From Yuukianura sp. NJ FZ-2021 (lineage: Eukaryota): a stretch of 64,000 nucleotides of DNA. The stretch covers positions 14,260,001 through 14,324,000 of the forward strand of contig CM102286.1 of NCBI GenBank assembly GCA_046563655.1. Reading direction: 5' to 3'. Made by a program: the position numbers and the translations under genes. Below, in pieces: positions 1 through 14,999 of this stretch (positions within the stretch are counted from its first letter, which is position 1; every line of letters begins with the position of its first letter). The notes below the pieces were generated by a model. It was not told where the DNA came from and searched no databases. It saw only the letters and a list, made by a program, of their open reading frames with translations.

Positions 1-720
1 TTATCAAAAGTTATTTCTAATCTCACTTGAAACGATAACATTATTAATTAATCTTAATCCGATTACTTTGAAGCACCGGGATTCTCTCTAATCGTTTTGG
101 ATTTTCCAAGGTGATACAGATTTACGCCTCTTCTTGATAAATTCAAAAAATAGGTGTGGCAATTTGATATTTTTTTTGGAAACTTTATTTTTGATAAGTT
201 TAATTGATTTATTACTAATCCAATGATTACGTGATTTGACTCACAGGATTCAATCATCCAGGATGATTTTGATAGCTGAATTTGATCACGGTCGCACTAA
301 AACGAAATTTTTTGGGAAAAAAATGATAATTTTGATTTTTTTTTGTATGTAATGAAATTTTTATGATTGTAGCTTCAGTATGTCTTAATTGTAGGTTAAC
401 CTGTTTTATGATCTCATTGACTGACACTTCTCGTAAGGAAGTAGATTGCTGCCAACACAAATTTAAACGGATCACGCCAAACTAAAATTTATTGCAACTA
501 AAATCAAAGTCATAAAAAATTTGATTTTGGCAAGGAGTTATGCGTTGCATTTTTAGTTTGATTTGCAACTCATAAATCAATTTTAGTTTTCTGTTCTGTA
601 AGTTTGATGATAGAAAATTAAGATAAAATTTAAGGATTTGAATTACATAGAATTATTATAAATCAAGTTTGGATGAAGGCGGAGAAACAGAAGTCGATTT
701 CAAATTGTCTAAAACACTCC

Positions 721-1077
721 GGCAGCCCGCCATTTCTCCGAATGAAATTCGCCGAAGCGAATTCCTCCGAATGAATCGCAACGACATCATTTGCTCCAAA
801 AACTAAATTCCTCTTACAGAAAAGTTAGGTTACTTCGTTTGACCCAAAATTAAATAAACTTACATTAATGTGCTTAACGTCACGTAGGCTGAGTTACGAA
901 TCATCAATTTATGTTTTGTTAAGCTAACAATCATGAGACTAACGCTTGGCTGAATTATCTCACAAGGTTATGCTAGATTAGTGTACACCAATCTCACTTT
1001 CGGAGAATTGGTTTCATAGCATTTCCGTCGAAGGAATATGTTTCGGAGTAATTCATTCGAAAGAATGACATGGAACC
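721..1077. mobile_element. Non-autonomous foldback/MITE, family A
   Basis: Starts GGCAGCCCGCCATT and ends AATGACATGGAACC. Inverted sub-repeats (ttcNccgaa / ttcggag), central GTTAGGTT. Flanks aacactcc / aaaactcc (7/8 match). Termini shared with the 16410 element. Confidence 0.65.
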
Positions 1078-4000
1078 AAAACTCCAAAGTCAGGATTCGT
1101 TTAACAAGGATCAAGTAGAAGTTCGGGACTTTCGGATTTAGTTGTAATCTCCACTTTGAATACAATTTCAAAAGAATCCGATTTCAATTGTATTCTAAAT
1201 GTACAATTTATCTTGTTTTTTGCTTCAATCGGATCTTGAAAATGGAATAATTTCAAAGTGTTTAATTTTTTTTTAAACTTTATTAATGCATATGTTCTAT
1301 TCTTTGAATTCTATAAATATACTTTGCATGTTAATTTTAAGTACTCGAGGTCAAGTCTGTCTAAATAAATTTTTATATCATTGACCTTAAAACATCATTT
1401 GCACAGTTAGTTCATCTGCACTTTTCCTAATCAGGCTCCAGTCATACTCAACTTTTACACATGCAGTACTTAAAATCCATGCAATTCAACCAATGTGCTT
1501 AACAATTGTGCAGTTTCACAAATGTGCTTAAAAGCAGTGCAATTTTCTAACTTTCAAAAATAACCGCTGCACTGCAACTGCCTGCATACATTGATGCTAA
1601 ACTTTTTTTTTGATGATTGAAATTGCAATTGTCAAAAACTGAAAATTTCAATTTTTTTTCTTTTGAATTCTGCGAGTCCTCTTCCTCCGTGTTCTTTTTT
1701 CTCAAGAAAAGTAGTTTTTAATTACTCTCCCACCATGAACGCCCACTTTAAATCAAGTTGTAATTTAATTGCAAATTGTGTTACTCCCATTGTTAGATTG
1801 TTCTTGTCCAACACAGTTTTTCACCATTGTTTCAATTAATTAAGAAGATTTAGCTGAGACAGTAGCAAAATCAAAGTGTCTCTCTGATTCACATCTAAAT
1901 GACTTCCACTACCTTCCATTGTTTTTATTCCAAAAAAAAATGTGTAGGTCAAAGGTCACGTGACCTCTGAATTCACCACTTTTGAGCAAAACCGTTGCTG
2001 TTCATCACGCCATAAACCACAAAGAAGCATAAAGTTCTCACGCAACGATCGTGATAGTACATTGCATTGTTAAGGTTGAAACCAATCTACGCAGTCGCAA
2101 TGTCCACAAAGAAGCACTTCTGAGCAACCTCGCTTGTTTTCTACATAAAAAAAATTTCCACATTGAGCGATTGAATTTTTTGTTGAAAGTGAGAAATGAT
2201 TTCAAAGTTTAGCTTTTGTTAAAAAAACAACAACTTTAGTTAGAAAAAAAAGTTTTGTTGAAAGTGGCGAAAAATTGTTTTACGGCTGAAATCGAACTAA
2301 ATTGTTTTGGGTAGCAAAGGTTATCGACTAGTCATTTTCTTACTCTGCTTTTTTTTGAAAAAGTTTAATTCAAAATGTCACTGATCAATTAATCTTTCAA
2401 ATCAAGTTTCGGAATTTTAAACATTAAGAATGTACAGTAATCCGGAATTTGATACCAAAAGGAAAGCGACTCCGCCGACTTTTTTTTGAAGTATCGAAAT
2501 GCAAATGACTTTAAAGTTGAAATGGAAGAAAAAAAAGTTCGAAACGTTGAAACCATTTGAAATGCAAGTTAAAAAGAAAAAAAAAGTTCGAAATGTTGAA
2601 ATCGTTTGATGTGTGATTTTATTAATTATTTCTGGTTTGTTGGTTGAAAAGTCACGGAGTTGACATTAAATGTTGAATGAATTACGAGTTTAAGTCGTGC
2701 ACCTCCGTCTGTGTGTAGTTTTACTTCCTTTTGTTTCAGAAATTTGTACTCCAACTTCAACCAGAACTGGATTTCAGTTCCTGAATTAATTAATTAAAAC
2801 TTTAAAGTTCAGTGGCCGCTGCTTTTAATTAATTTAATTAATACTGAAGTCATTTTTCAAAAAAAAAGAGTTGAACTGTTAAAAATTAAACTTAAAACGT
2901 TACCGCTTTGAAAATTGCCGCGGGAAGATGACAGGGCAAGGAAAAATTTAAAGTAAAGTTGTAATTTAAAAATTCGTTTTTTGGCTTTTTATGAAAATTT
3001 TGAAGACCTTTTGACAGGCCCACCCAAAGTAAACGTTTTGAACTTTTTGGGAGATTTTAAATTAAGATTTTAAAGACTATGACAATTATGATATTAAAAA
3101 GCGAAGATTGTTGCAAATTTTACACAGCATGATCATGTTTTTGGACACACCTAAAACTTTTCATCTCTTAAATTTTTGACTAAAAATTATGAGCCTGAAA
3201 ATTTATGATAAAAACGAAAACAAACAAAACGCCAACTTCTTTCAACCATACATTATACGTGCAATTTTTTTAAATTTTTGCAAAATAAGTCAACACAAAC
3301 TTACAAACAACCTTTGTAGTTTATAATTTACGAAACTGTTTATGATCTCGGCGGGCCAAATTACTTTCAAAACCGTGCAGTTGAAAACTTTTTCAGAAAT
3401 TCTTGTCTAATTTTTGAATAATTTTTCAATTCTGTTCAAAAAAATTAAAAGAGGCTTGTCGGAAATGTTAAATTTAAAAATGCAGAAATTCAAAAAGGCA
3501 TTTTTTTTTAGTTTTTTTTTTCTTGTAAATTTTTTAAATTCCTACGTTTTGAAACTTGCGAGCTTTTGCTTTTGATCTTTGAACTAAAAGTTGCACTCCT
3601 TTTTAAACTGATAATGCACGTAACTTGAAAATTGTAATTTTGAAAAGTAATTGAACTAATCTGCAAGGTTGTTACGATTGATCAAGATAATTTTCATTTT
3701 GATCATGAACTAGTATGGAGGCTGATCAAAACCAAATCACTTCGTCACTTTTGAAAATGAAACTTTTTTTTTGTAATTTTCTTTTAAAGATCCGCCTCAT
3801 GCATTTAAATGATCGGGATTACCAGGTTTGGTCACTCTATTAATTTCTACCTTAAACCACTTTGATGATGTTCATGTTTGAGTTAAATGGACTCTTGAGG
3901 TTAAGGGCGGGAAAGTTTTTTTAAAAAAATCAAAATTTCTTGATTAAGTTGTAATTATAGAGTCTCCTCCTCATAGTTTCTGGAATCTGCACGACCTTGT

Positions 4001-5342
4001 TGTGTTAAAAACTATGGAGGGGAAAGACCTCCACCGATTTGCAATTTTGCAAAAAGTCTTTAACACCTTGAGTGGCCTACCAAATACCAAATGGCAACAA
4101 CAAGTTTTGATGGAAACAACTTTTCAAAATTCCTACCACTTTTTTTGTGATTTGTGTAGTTTTTGAAATAAAAAAGTTGTAAGATAATGCATACATCATG
4201 CTATCGGAATCCTCAGTTGATTAGATGTTGTTAAAATTTAAGTGGATTTGTATCACCTTTCGTCTTACGTTTCTTCTAATTATCAAAGTTGCTGCTTTAA
4301 GGAATTTGATTCCTTGTGACATGCGTTTTGACAAGCAAGAACGTTTTTTTTTATTTCAACATTTTTTGCATTTCATGAATTTTTCCATTTTTTTTGCTTT
4401 TGCCGAGAGTTTTTCGATCTGAAAGAAGTTTTTGGCGCAATTTGAATTAAAACTTTGCAAAACTGGGCCTAATTTGACTCCTGGGAAGCTTTTTAAATTT
4501 TACTGGTGACAAGAGTGGCTTGCGGCGGCGTAGAGGTGAAAAGTTTTAGCTTAATCCTTGTTAGCATGTGCAAAAAATTGCAAAAACTTTTTGCACAAAT
4601 TTTTTGCACAGCAGTTGTGTAGTAAAGGAGTGTTGTGTATATAATTAATCATGTCACTTCTGTTTCACTATGGTTGACATGCATTCATTACCGTGTCTCA
4701 CTTGGACGTAATTATGAAATTTTTCACGTTGTGTTCAATTGCTCAAAAAAATTTCAAACAAAAACTTCAGAACGTTTTTTGCCACTTTGTAATATTTGTA
4801 GCTTTTCAGGTACAGTTTCTGTCAATCTTCTTGTTAAAAAGGGCGCCAAAAAAGTTTGAAATGAAAAATTCAAATTAGCGCGCTTGAAGGACCGCGTGGG
4901 TTTTTTGTGGTATGTAAATTCAAAAAGTTAGGATAGGCTTAGATCCGGTTCCTTGTCAAAAGTGACAACATTTAAAAAGAAAGTGACAGTGTTGTGTTCC
5001 TTACCGGTTCATGACTTTTGGTTCAACAATAAACGTCAACCGATGTACTTAAGTAGCGAAAGGAGTGACAGACAGACAGACAAAGTCGATACATAAAGTA
5101 GTGACTTCCGTTACTTAAACACATTGTACCATACATGCATTATTTTGAAAATTTGAATCGCTTTTCAAATTCTGGCGCCAATTTCGTAGATTCCTTTTAC
5201 TATAACTTAAACATGTCAATGTGAAACATGACAGATGAAATTGAAATTGGAGTTTAAGAGAGTAGCGGAAATTTCGCTACGGATCGTTGGCTGACGTATT
5301 GCTTTTAGTTGATGCAAAATGTGGTTCATTTTTTTTTACTAC

Positions 5343-5415
5343 TGGTGGAAGCGGGATTCGAACGCAGGGAGCTTTTTTTTTTGTGGAAGCCGTAACTAAA
5401 GATGAGCTAAAATTG
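5343..5415 (-). pseudogene. Degenerate tRNA-like or SINE-head fragment
   Basis: Minus strand reads TAGCTCA (A-box-like)...GTTCGAATCCCGCTTCCACCA (B-box and 3' arm). The stems do not form a proper cloverleaf. Confidence 0.35.
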
Positions 5416-5883
5416 AAACCTATTAATTTTTGAAAACGGTGGTGACAGTGCGGCTGCACAGAACTCAGGAGATGGAAAATGATTTATTTCCGGATCAGAT
5501 TCCGTTTTTCACAGATAAAATACCGAAACAATCTTAATTTGTTCCGGGCACTTAATTATTCTAATTTGAATTGTTGAAAAAGTACTGTTACGGTGTAAAA
5601 CTTTCACGGAAATTGATTTTCAACATAACCTACTACTGAACTTTACACGCGGGAAAAACTTTTTGATTTGAAATTTTCTCCTACCGTTTCTTTTCAACAT
5701 TGACAAAAAAAATTACCTACAAGTTTTTTTTAAATAATAAGTTAGATAACTTTTGTACTTTGACTAGACTTCTCCGTCGCCATAAATAAAATTTTGGACA
5801 TTAAAATTTGTAAGTTTGAAATATCCTTAAATTTTTTAAAATTTTCTTAAATATTTGTGAATACTTTGATTTTTAAAATTGGG

Positions 5884-7737
5884 TTATGACCAAGCCCGAA
5901 CAGTTTTACGCCAAAGTCGTGCCATGTCTTCGTCGAATCTTGCGCCGCGTGGTACATGGACAAACATGTACGGAATTTTACGTAGTCGGTGTCTCGGACT
6001 TCTGTCGTCCAGCCAATTGTGATACTCCGATTCGTCATAAGAGTAACGCAGATTCAAATAGAACGGCTCTTTTCCCGCCAATTCTCGGATTACCCCAGTC
6101 ACAAACACGTCGTCAATCCACAGAAACCGTTTCACTTGATCTCCGACTCCACTTAACCGTCGAATTACATCCACCGTTGCCAAGTATCCAAGACCTCCGC
6201 AGTATTTTGGATAAACTTCAAACGGATACTCGTCTTGTGTGACGGTCCACTTCAATCCGTCCGGATTTTGAGCCGAGGAGTTCCGAACTGGTTTTGTCCC
6301 CTCGGGGTAAATGTTGCATAGGAGGATATCGGAGGGGTCAAGGCCGTAGTTCCTCTGTGCAAAATCAAAAACTTGAAAAATGTCGACAAAAGCGTCGTCG
6401 TCCGTTTTGATCACAAATTTGGCCGTGGGGCAGTGGCTTAACACCCATTTGTAGCCCATGAGGTGCTTGTATGTTAGGTTTCTATAGGTATCTTCAAAAT
6501 TCCCGGCGACAATGTCGCCATAAAGGTCGCTTTCGCCTAAAACTCCTTCTTGTACAATTGACCTCTCTTTGGGGTCAACCGGTTGACCTGGGAGTTGACC
6601 CAGCAGAAAAACGAGCCGAATTGACCAGTTCCGAAAAGATTTGACGGAGCCCCAAGATGCTCGAATGGCTTGACGTTCTAAAAAATGCGTCGGTGCAGAG
6701 TGGATGAGAATGATGAAATAAATTCCGCTCGAATTTGAACTGTTACAGAGCTGATAATTGTTAAGTGAGAAGTGGAGATTTGGAATGTCGAGGAGCGGGA
6801 GTTGTCCGGAATTTGAATTTGAATTTTTGGCGGGAAAAGGCCCGACTGCTTGAGTCCACTGCTGTAGAGCAGCTTTTATGCCGACTAATTCTGTTTCTTG
6901 ATGCATGACCTTGACCTCTTCAGTGTCATTTGAGGTCACGAGGTCATCCGGTTCTGGAACCATTATGGACGGGGTGACTAGTGTAACGATGCCCATCACA
7001 ATCAGCACAAGACTTGCAATCTGCCAAAAATTTGAAAAATTTTGATTTGAGAAAGCGCGGGAAAATTCATGAGCAGAGATGTGAAACATATGTTAACAAA
7101 AAAAAGTATTTCCAGAGTTTTTGTTGTTAAATACTTAGTTATTTGTCCGTGCCGTTAATGTTAAACAAGTAAATGTTTGGACAATTTTAAAACAATATTT
7201 TTTGTCAATATTTCGCGGGGTTTTAGCACATATTTTTGACAACCCTGTTCATAAGTAAAAGCAGTATGCAGAAACAACTGTAAAATACAAGGTTTTTGAG
7301 AATTCAGGTGATTAGTCACGACCACTTTTTTGAAATTTGGTAGCGGGAAAATATGTTAAGTGTCTGTAGCTAATCAATGGAAATGACTTTTTACCTGGAA
7401 GAGTCTGAAGACGAGTCTTCTCGTTAGAGACTGTGATTCTGCTCGTCCACTGCAATTACTTTGGGACTTTCCGCCATTAAAGCGCGAGATTTGGCCATTA
7501 TAGCGCGAGATTTGAATGTCAGGATCTTGACAATAATTTCCTCTCATGCCAGCTACTGAGTCTGAACTGATCTCACGCTCACGCTCTCTGGGTCGAATCC
7601 ACTTCTTAGGTTTCGAACAATGGGCTGATGAAAATGCCATGAAGTACGACTCATCATCATCTTCCTATAAATTTTCAAAAAAAAATTCAAAATTTTGAAG
7701 TTTTCAAATCAACTTCAATACTTACTAACTTTATCAT
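5884..7737 (-). CDS. Beta-1,3-galactosyltransferase family (GT31, Galactosyl_T), type II membrane protein
   Basis: Exons 7737-7726 (MIKL), 7664-7395 and 7020-5884, all phase-0 GT-AG joins. Transmembrane segment IASLVLIVMGIVTLV. Motifs RQAIRASWG, FEDTYRNLTYK, KTDDDAFV, YPKYCGGLGY, IDDVFVTG. Confidence 0.93.
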
Positions 7738-9410
7738 GACCAATTTCACAAAAAACAGACTAGAATGAAAAGATTTTTTTTAAAGAATCGTCAATTTTCC
7801 AGCTCCGTCGCGCCGTTACCAATTTTGGTGTCGCGTGATAACGTCAAAGTGGTTGTGTTTTTGTTTGAAAATGGTGATTGCAGTTGTTTGGCTCAATTTG
7901 AAAAAATTTGAATCCATTTTTGATTCCCGCTCGAGCGAAATGATCATCGTCTACATTTTCCGAATGGGATTCAGACAAAGGCGTCTCTTTCATTCTTCAG
8001 TCATTTCATGCTACAACCACGAGTTAAAAGGTGGTTGACACTTTGTGTTTCATTTCAAATTCAAATTTACGCGCCAATTTACGTCTCTCCAAATGACGCA
8101 GGAGGGAAAGCCTAGACGATTCGGCCGATTTTTGCAAATTCCAGGATCTGACATTTTTTCATAGTTCAAAAACAGTTTAGCTTTTTGCATCGTATCGGCT
8201 CCACTTTATCTATTGAAATCAAACACTTTTGATCAAAGATAAGCAAAATCATGGCCAGAGAGCGGCAAATTTGAAAAAAAATCCTGATTCACCTTTTAAA
8301 ACTGCAGTAAACAAGACGTCAAACAGTGTCTTTGTCCTGGAGTGAGAAATTTAACACTTTTGAAAAACAATAGTAATATTTATTACAAAAAGATAAAAAT
8401 GAACAGATCATTTTTCAAAAATTATTCGAAATTCTTCATTTTTTTTTTAAATTTTCCCGCCCACTGTCTATTGTCTCCGGGCGGCAGGAAGGAAAAACGT
8501 AACTGGAGGAAACGAAATTCAAAAAATCATTTCCATTGTTTCTTTTTTTTTAGACTATCAGAAAAACTAATCTGTGAGTTATTAAGTTCCCGCCCACTTT
8601 TGAATTTGGAAAAATACTTGGAACATGCTTCAAGCATTACTTTACCAATTTTCAAAATTTCCCTCCTGATAAAATTTTCATAATGTATGGACACAGGAGT
8701 TCACATTTAGGAGAGTGTTGAGCAATTATTCTGTCCCTCAAGCATGACCAAAGAAAATTTATTCCAACTAAAGTCTGCATCAGCAAAAAAACTAAACTTT
8801 TTTTTTTGAATTTTTGAATTAAAAACGCTGAACTTTGCAATTCCGAAGCCTAAGAAGATCATGACGACTTGGAATTCTATTTTTAAAACATTTCTGCTGA
8901 AACATGCTGTACAATCACTTTCGTCCTTCAAACTTTTTTTTCTTTTGATACAATTTTTTTTGAGTTACGAACTTTTTTGCTATGCATTTACGTAGAAGTG
9001 AAGAGGTGAAGAACCTCTTTTGAACAATTTAAATTTGAAATGCGAAAAGTTCTACTTTTAAGAGATAAATGCTCCTTTACAATTCCATTTTCAACTTGCT
9101 TCATGATTTTTCTCATCTAAATGCCGTAAGAACTTTTCAAAAGTACTAATTTTGTTCGTCTTTTTGTGTTATTACAAAACTGAAAAAGCTAAAAAAGTGA
9201 CAATTACTAAAAAGTTTCAAAGGATTTTGATTTGAAAAGAAGCAGAAAATGTAAAATGCAGAATCATTATTAGAGCGGGAGTGAGGAATCAAGAGTCATG
9301 ACTCATGAGTCAAAGAATCGACACATCCACAACAATGTGTAATTGTTACTACTAGATTTGAAAGCAATGTGAGTTGAATTGTTACACTTGTAACGTTACA
9401 AAATGACTAC

Positions 9411-10553
9411 TAATGTAAAATGACTCGTGTAATTTTGAAAAATTCAAAGGATTTCACACTTCAGGAAGAAAAAACCTCAACATTTTCGAAAAGAATTTTG
9501 TAAAGGCTAAAATTTAAAGTTGGTATACTCAAAAGTGCATTGTTTATTTGAACAATTTCTTGTACAAGAATGACAAGTGAATTGCGCATGTGCAGAAAAA
9601 AGTTCAAGAGTTGTACGCATACACGTGGGTTTTGACCTGCCTTTTTGATCTTTGAAGATCGCATTCCATCATGACATTTTGAAATTCAAAATGTTGATTT
9701 TGACACTCGAGATTTTAATTGTTGAACTTAAAGTTCATTTTGACATTCAAAATGAAAGCGGGATCTGTTTAAAAAGACATTTCAATCGTTTTTTATTTGA
9801 ACACATGACTTGGCGCTCTTATTTTTTGACACATGTCCGTTTGATTCTTGAGATTTCAAAAAATTGTTTTGAAAGGCGCCAAAGAACAAAAGGTGAAACA
9901 GTAACAATTAAGAGGACCTTGTGCTCAAAGTGCCAAGTACTGTAAACTTAAGTGTCTCAGATTTCAAAATTTCGACACAAAAAACTTTTTTTTTATAAAA
10001 AGTGGCAGTAGAAACCGGCAAAATCCAAAGTTACAAAGTTACGTCCAATTGCGCATGCTCACCACTGTAATTACAAAGTCAATTACTGTAATTTTCTAGT
10101 CGGATTTGAAAGAAAATGAGGATGAGGCATCGATTCCTTTCAAATCATTGTCTTATCTCAATTTTTTTGTATATTGAAGTGTGAAATTACTAAGTGTTGG
10201 TAATTACATTTTTTTTTCAAAATTTTGATTTTTTGTTTGTGAATATTGTCATGTGACCCCATGGGGGTGAGAGAAGGAATTCAACTGTGGGCAGGTCATT
10301 TTTTTCCGTGCGAAGATTTGCAATCTGACTGTCAAAATTCAAACTGCTTCTGCCTAGAAAATGCCAACTCATCTTCATTATCTTCTCATCTTTATTTGAT
10401 CTTCTACAGAGAGATCAATCATTTTCGCGCCAAAAATTTTGACATGCAGCGTCTTTCAAAAAGTAACGTTTTAATTTGACCGGTATACATTTTTCATTCT
10501 CAAAATTGCGGAATTTTGAATTCCTTCAAAGCAGAGCAAAGTCATGACATGTT
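9411..10553 (+). repeat. About 1.15-kb non-coding segment duplicated in direct orientation at 43551-44761
   Basis: Colinear high-identity match from taatgtaaaatga(c/g)tcgtgtaattttg to agagcaaagtcatgacatgtt. Confidence 0.93.
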
Positions 10554-13500
10554 CCGAGCAGCAGCAAAACGATTTTTGGCCCATCAGGAATTTCGATATT
10601 TCAAAAAAAAACTCACTAAAAGTGATGAGAAATTCCGGTGATGTCAAAATCGTTAGTTTTAAAGTTTGTAACAGAAACTTCAATAGAAATATTTAGATGA
10701 TCGTAGCTTTTTGAGATGCTGCAGGTTGGGAAAATTACTTTTAAATACTTTTAAGAATCTCAGAGGAAAATCAGTTTTTGTGTACAATTTTTTTTATTTG
10801 AAAATTTGTAAATTTTTGCAACGCACGCAATGTGCCACACCTCCTCATTGGCTGTTCATATCCGGTTCCTCTGTCTCCTTAGGATGGTTTACATGATTTA
10901 AGATACAATTTGAAAAAAAGAACACTTTCATTTTTATGTAATTTCAAAACATAATTTTTTGGGCGAGTTATGAAACAACGGAAGTTTCCGGAAAACATGC
11001 TCATGTTAAAGTTTCGCACGCATATTTGAACAACATGCTTTGCTTTTCTTTTGTACATGCGTTGCAAGGTAAGGTAACATCAAAACTTTCAAAAATTAAA
11101 AAGAAATACACTTTTTTAAAAATTTAGAAATTCTTTTTAACGAGAACATGCACTAAACTGGCTTATGTTTAAAACACTGCTATACTTTTAGTACACGGAA
11201 AACGTGTAAAAGCACGGAAGTGAAAAACGAAAAATTCAAGAATTTTCTGTATTTCTTATACTAATAATATCAGCCGTACTCTCGACATAAATTAGATCAA
11301 AATTTGAGAAACAGGAAACTTGAAAATGAAAGAAGAGGTTTAGTGTTTCTAATTTCTACTGTCATTATCTTCCAAAACTTTGAAACTTTGTTTCAAAAAT
11401 AGAAATTATGGATAACAAACCTATGGTTGAAATAAAATACAGTGTGATCCACATCTGAGGACAGTGCTAAATTTAGAAAACCGTAATTTTGAATACAAAA
11501 AGTATAATTATAGAAGAAATTTAATGCTTTTTCTGAAAAGTGAATCCTCACTTTTCAAAACTATTTAAATCACAGAAGCGGAAACAAAATACTTTTTTGT
11601 TCGTTAAGTTTACATTTGACGCTCAACTAAACACATTCCACTGCTGTCATCAGTATCATTTTACCATTTTCGTTTTTTCAAAAAAAAAAGAGAGAACTTT
11701 TCATCGCCCTTTGCGTGTTTTACGTTCCAATTTTTGAGAACCCGAAATTCTCATAAAACTTAAAATTTTTGTTAACTTCCTCGTTCCTCGAATTCGTTAG
11801 TTTTTTCTTCGGAATTTGCAACATGCCAATTCACAAATTGCAAAACTCAAAAAATGCATCTGCCCACCCTCATTACAAGGAAATAAAAAGTTTTTGCGGA
11901 AAGTGATTTTTAGTAGGAAATGGAACCAAATTGAACAAGAAAAAACAATATTCTTCGGTTTTTAAATTTTTATGATTTGATTTCACAATCGTTTCGGCTT
12001 AACTAAAAGCTTCTTCTTCCTAGTTGAATTTTTTGTGCTACTTACATAAACTTACACTAACTTTTTATCAAAACGTATTGCTTCAGACTTTAAGTTCCAA
12101 AAAACACTAGTCTTAGTTTTCCAAAACTGTTTTCAAAAATTTCCGGTCGTCCTGAGACAATCGTTTCAAAATTTTGGAAAGGAGCCTATTAACTTCTGTA
12201 GTTCTCGTTGCAGGCTAAACTCAGAAAAACTTGACTTCTGGACTTGAAATTTTTAATGCTTTTGACTTGTCCGCTTTTTATGCGAAGTTCATAATTTTTT
12301 TGTCAAAAGTGCAGTTTATGCTTATAAATTTCTGAGTAGTGTCTTTTTTGTTGAACAACTACAAAGATCAAGTTTCAGAGCCAAATTACATGTTTCAAAA
12401 ATGCCACCAACACACATAAATTTTTTCAGCAGTAAATCACATTTTGTCGGCTCATTTCAAAATTTCTGTTCTTTTATAAATATACTAAAATGTTACACTT
12501 TTATATTATTTATTACAGATTAATTATATATGTAAGCTAAAGCAGCAGGCGCCAAAACATGAATAATTCAACACTTTTCAAACATTTATCATTTTCATGT
12601 TTCAAAATCTGACCTCATGACCCCACTTTAAAAACAAAGTTTGCGTATTTCAACTTTTTGTTTTTAGTTACAGACAGCACAGTATGTGGTAAAGTGTGCA
12701 AAATTTTTGCAAATTAGTACTGCAAATAAAGTCACGTCCGTACAAATTTGCAAGTTAAGTTTAAATACTTTGAATCTTGGCGCTTTTTACTACTGCCACC
12801 ACAATCGTTAAAGTTGTCTTGGGAGACAAAGTTTTGAAACGAAAAACAGTAAAGTGAAGGCGGTAAACTTTGAAAAGTATTTTGATGGCGGGAATTAAGA
12901 AATTTAAAAATGTCTTGCGGTGAACTTTATGGTGGGAAACTCCAAACTGCACAAAGCTAAAGAACAATGGAATTTTTTTTTTGAAATTTTGAAGTGTAAA
13001 CCGCACGTACCGTCCCATCAAATTGCGGTTTTTTCAAAAATGGTTTTTGCAGTTAAAATTACTCTCGAAGGGAGACAAATGCTTTTATGTTGGGCGATGG
13101 ATGAAGCTGTACAAGCGCGACACATTGTCAACCTTGAGAATTGTTTTGCAGCAGAAAGCTCAACGCCTCCTCAATGTATTATTTACTCAACCTTCAGATT
13201 TTGCAAATTGCAAATTTTTTGCAAACGGCCTTGATTGCCAAATTGGATTTTTCAGAAGGGCTTCCTCCCATCTGTTGATGTTTTGTTTTGATTCAAAATT
13301 TAGCGGCGCGTGTCATCGGAAATGAAAATTTTCCTACCAATTTCCGCTATTCATTGCACTATGTTGTGTTGCATTGAAAGAAAATCTTGAAGGTTGCTCA
13401 AAAATCAGTTTTTTTTGTGTTCAAAATTTTGAAAATTTTCAAATTTTTCATTTTTACCGCTTGATTTGCTGTTAGTCTTTGTTCTGCTTGCAGAAATTCT

Positions 13501-14742
13501 GAACAACTTGCTCTTCTATCCATTTTTCTTGAGGAAATCGTTTCACATGGACCGACTAAATTTGAAATTCGACACTCATTTGTAAAATCTAAATCTGAAG
13601 AAAAACTTGGTGTGTCCTGGCTAAGTCTTGCAGTATTTTGAAATTTTGATTTCAAAATTCCTTTCAAAATTTTATCTCTGCTGATAATTGTCGAATTTCC
13701 TGAAATTCTAAGTTTTGGATCCACTTTTCTCTGGTTCGATTGCTGAGAAAACGCCATTTACTGTTTTCATTTTAGCAAATCCAGAAAATTCAAAAAATGT
13801 CGCACTAAAATCTTATCTTAAAAAGTTCACACTTTACTTAACGTTTTAAGCACTTAAAAAGTTGACACCTTAAAAGCAGTAAAGTAATTAGTCTTAACCA
13901 GGTGTAAATTAGTGTGCTAATGAACTTAGAAACTTAGTTATTGCTCCACTGGCAGCTTTCGGCTTACTGACTACGTAAGAAAAATTTCTGAAGCTAATCA
14001 TTGGAAACGTCCCTGTCAAGTCCATTGTTGGAGCTGGGTGGTTGTTGGAAGCTGTAAGAAACAAGTTCATCTTAACAATGGCAAAAAATGGGTATGGGAA
14101 CCTTTTTGCCGGTTACAACAATGGAATGCCTACAACAATGATGGACAGCATAAACAGAGTTGTGGAGAAGCGGGAATGGTTAAAACAATGTACAAATGTT
14201 GCATGTCTTGTCATCAATTGCATTGTTTTTTGTACTTTTTAGCTCAAAAACAGCAGAAAATGTGAGACGATTTTCCGTACTTTGCCCCAGATTGTTATGA
14301 AGGAAGTGTCGATTAATTAGAGACCATACTGTGTCATGCTGTCTACTTTTTTTTGAAAATAAGCGGGTCGAACTTCCTCGGAAAGATGCAAGCAGGTCAA
14401 TTTGAACTTCCCGCTGATGCTGATGCTGCTACTGGGCTTTTGGCTAGCCTTGACATCCGCCTGAGTTTCACAATGCCCCAGTTTCTTGACCTCCATTTTC
14501 CAGGACGAAGCAGAACGCGTGGACACCAAAGAAACATCAAAGCTTGGAAAAAAGATGATTTTTTGGTAAGTTAGTTATTTTCTGGTGAACAAAGACATAA
14601 TGACAGACACTTTTTCCAGAAAAGCTAAAAATTCTCTTCCAGAAATCCAGTCTTTTGTGCAAAGATCAAAACTCTCACTATTTCTTAAGAAGTTTGGTAT
14701 GGGGTTCAGAATAAATAAAATCATTATAAGCCAAGGCGGAGG

Positions 14743-14999
14743 CAAGGTTCTTTGACGACGAAAAGTTAATTTTCTTTAACTGGATGGGTATTACCTCGGT
14801 TGCTGACAAAAAAAAATTAGTACCGAATTAGTACCAATCCGAAATAGTGATACCAATTGGTATGCAAAATTCAAAAAAATTGGCTGCATTTTTATGACTA
14901 CGATGCACTGAATTGAAAAGATACTTTTTTTTTCCAAAATCGAAAAAACATAAGGTATTCCCCAACCTGTTAAAGAAAATCACAAGTCAACAAACCTTG
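14743..14999. mobile_element. MITE family B (CAAGGTT...AACCTTG)
   Basis: Terminal inverted repeats; colinear similarity to 58726-58989. Flanks ggcggagg / aacagagg (5/8, decayed target site duplication). Confidence 0.75.

Noticed and set aside
14038..14574. Coding-like island with several short ORFs and splice-like sites
   Set aside because: The splice combinations I tried hit stops, and no recognisable motif is present.
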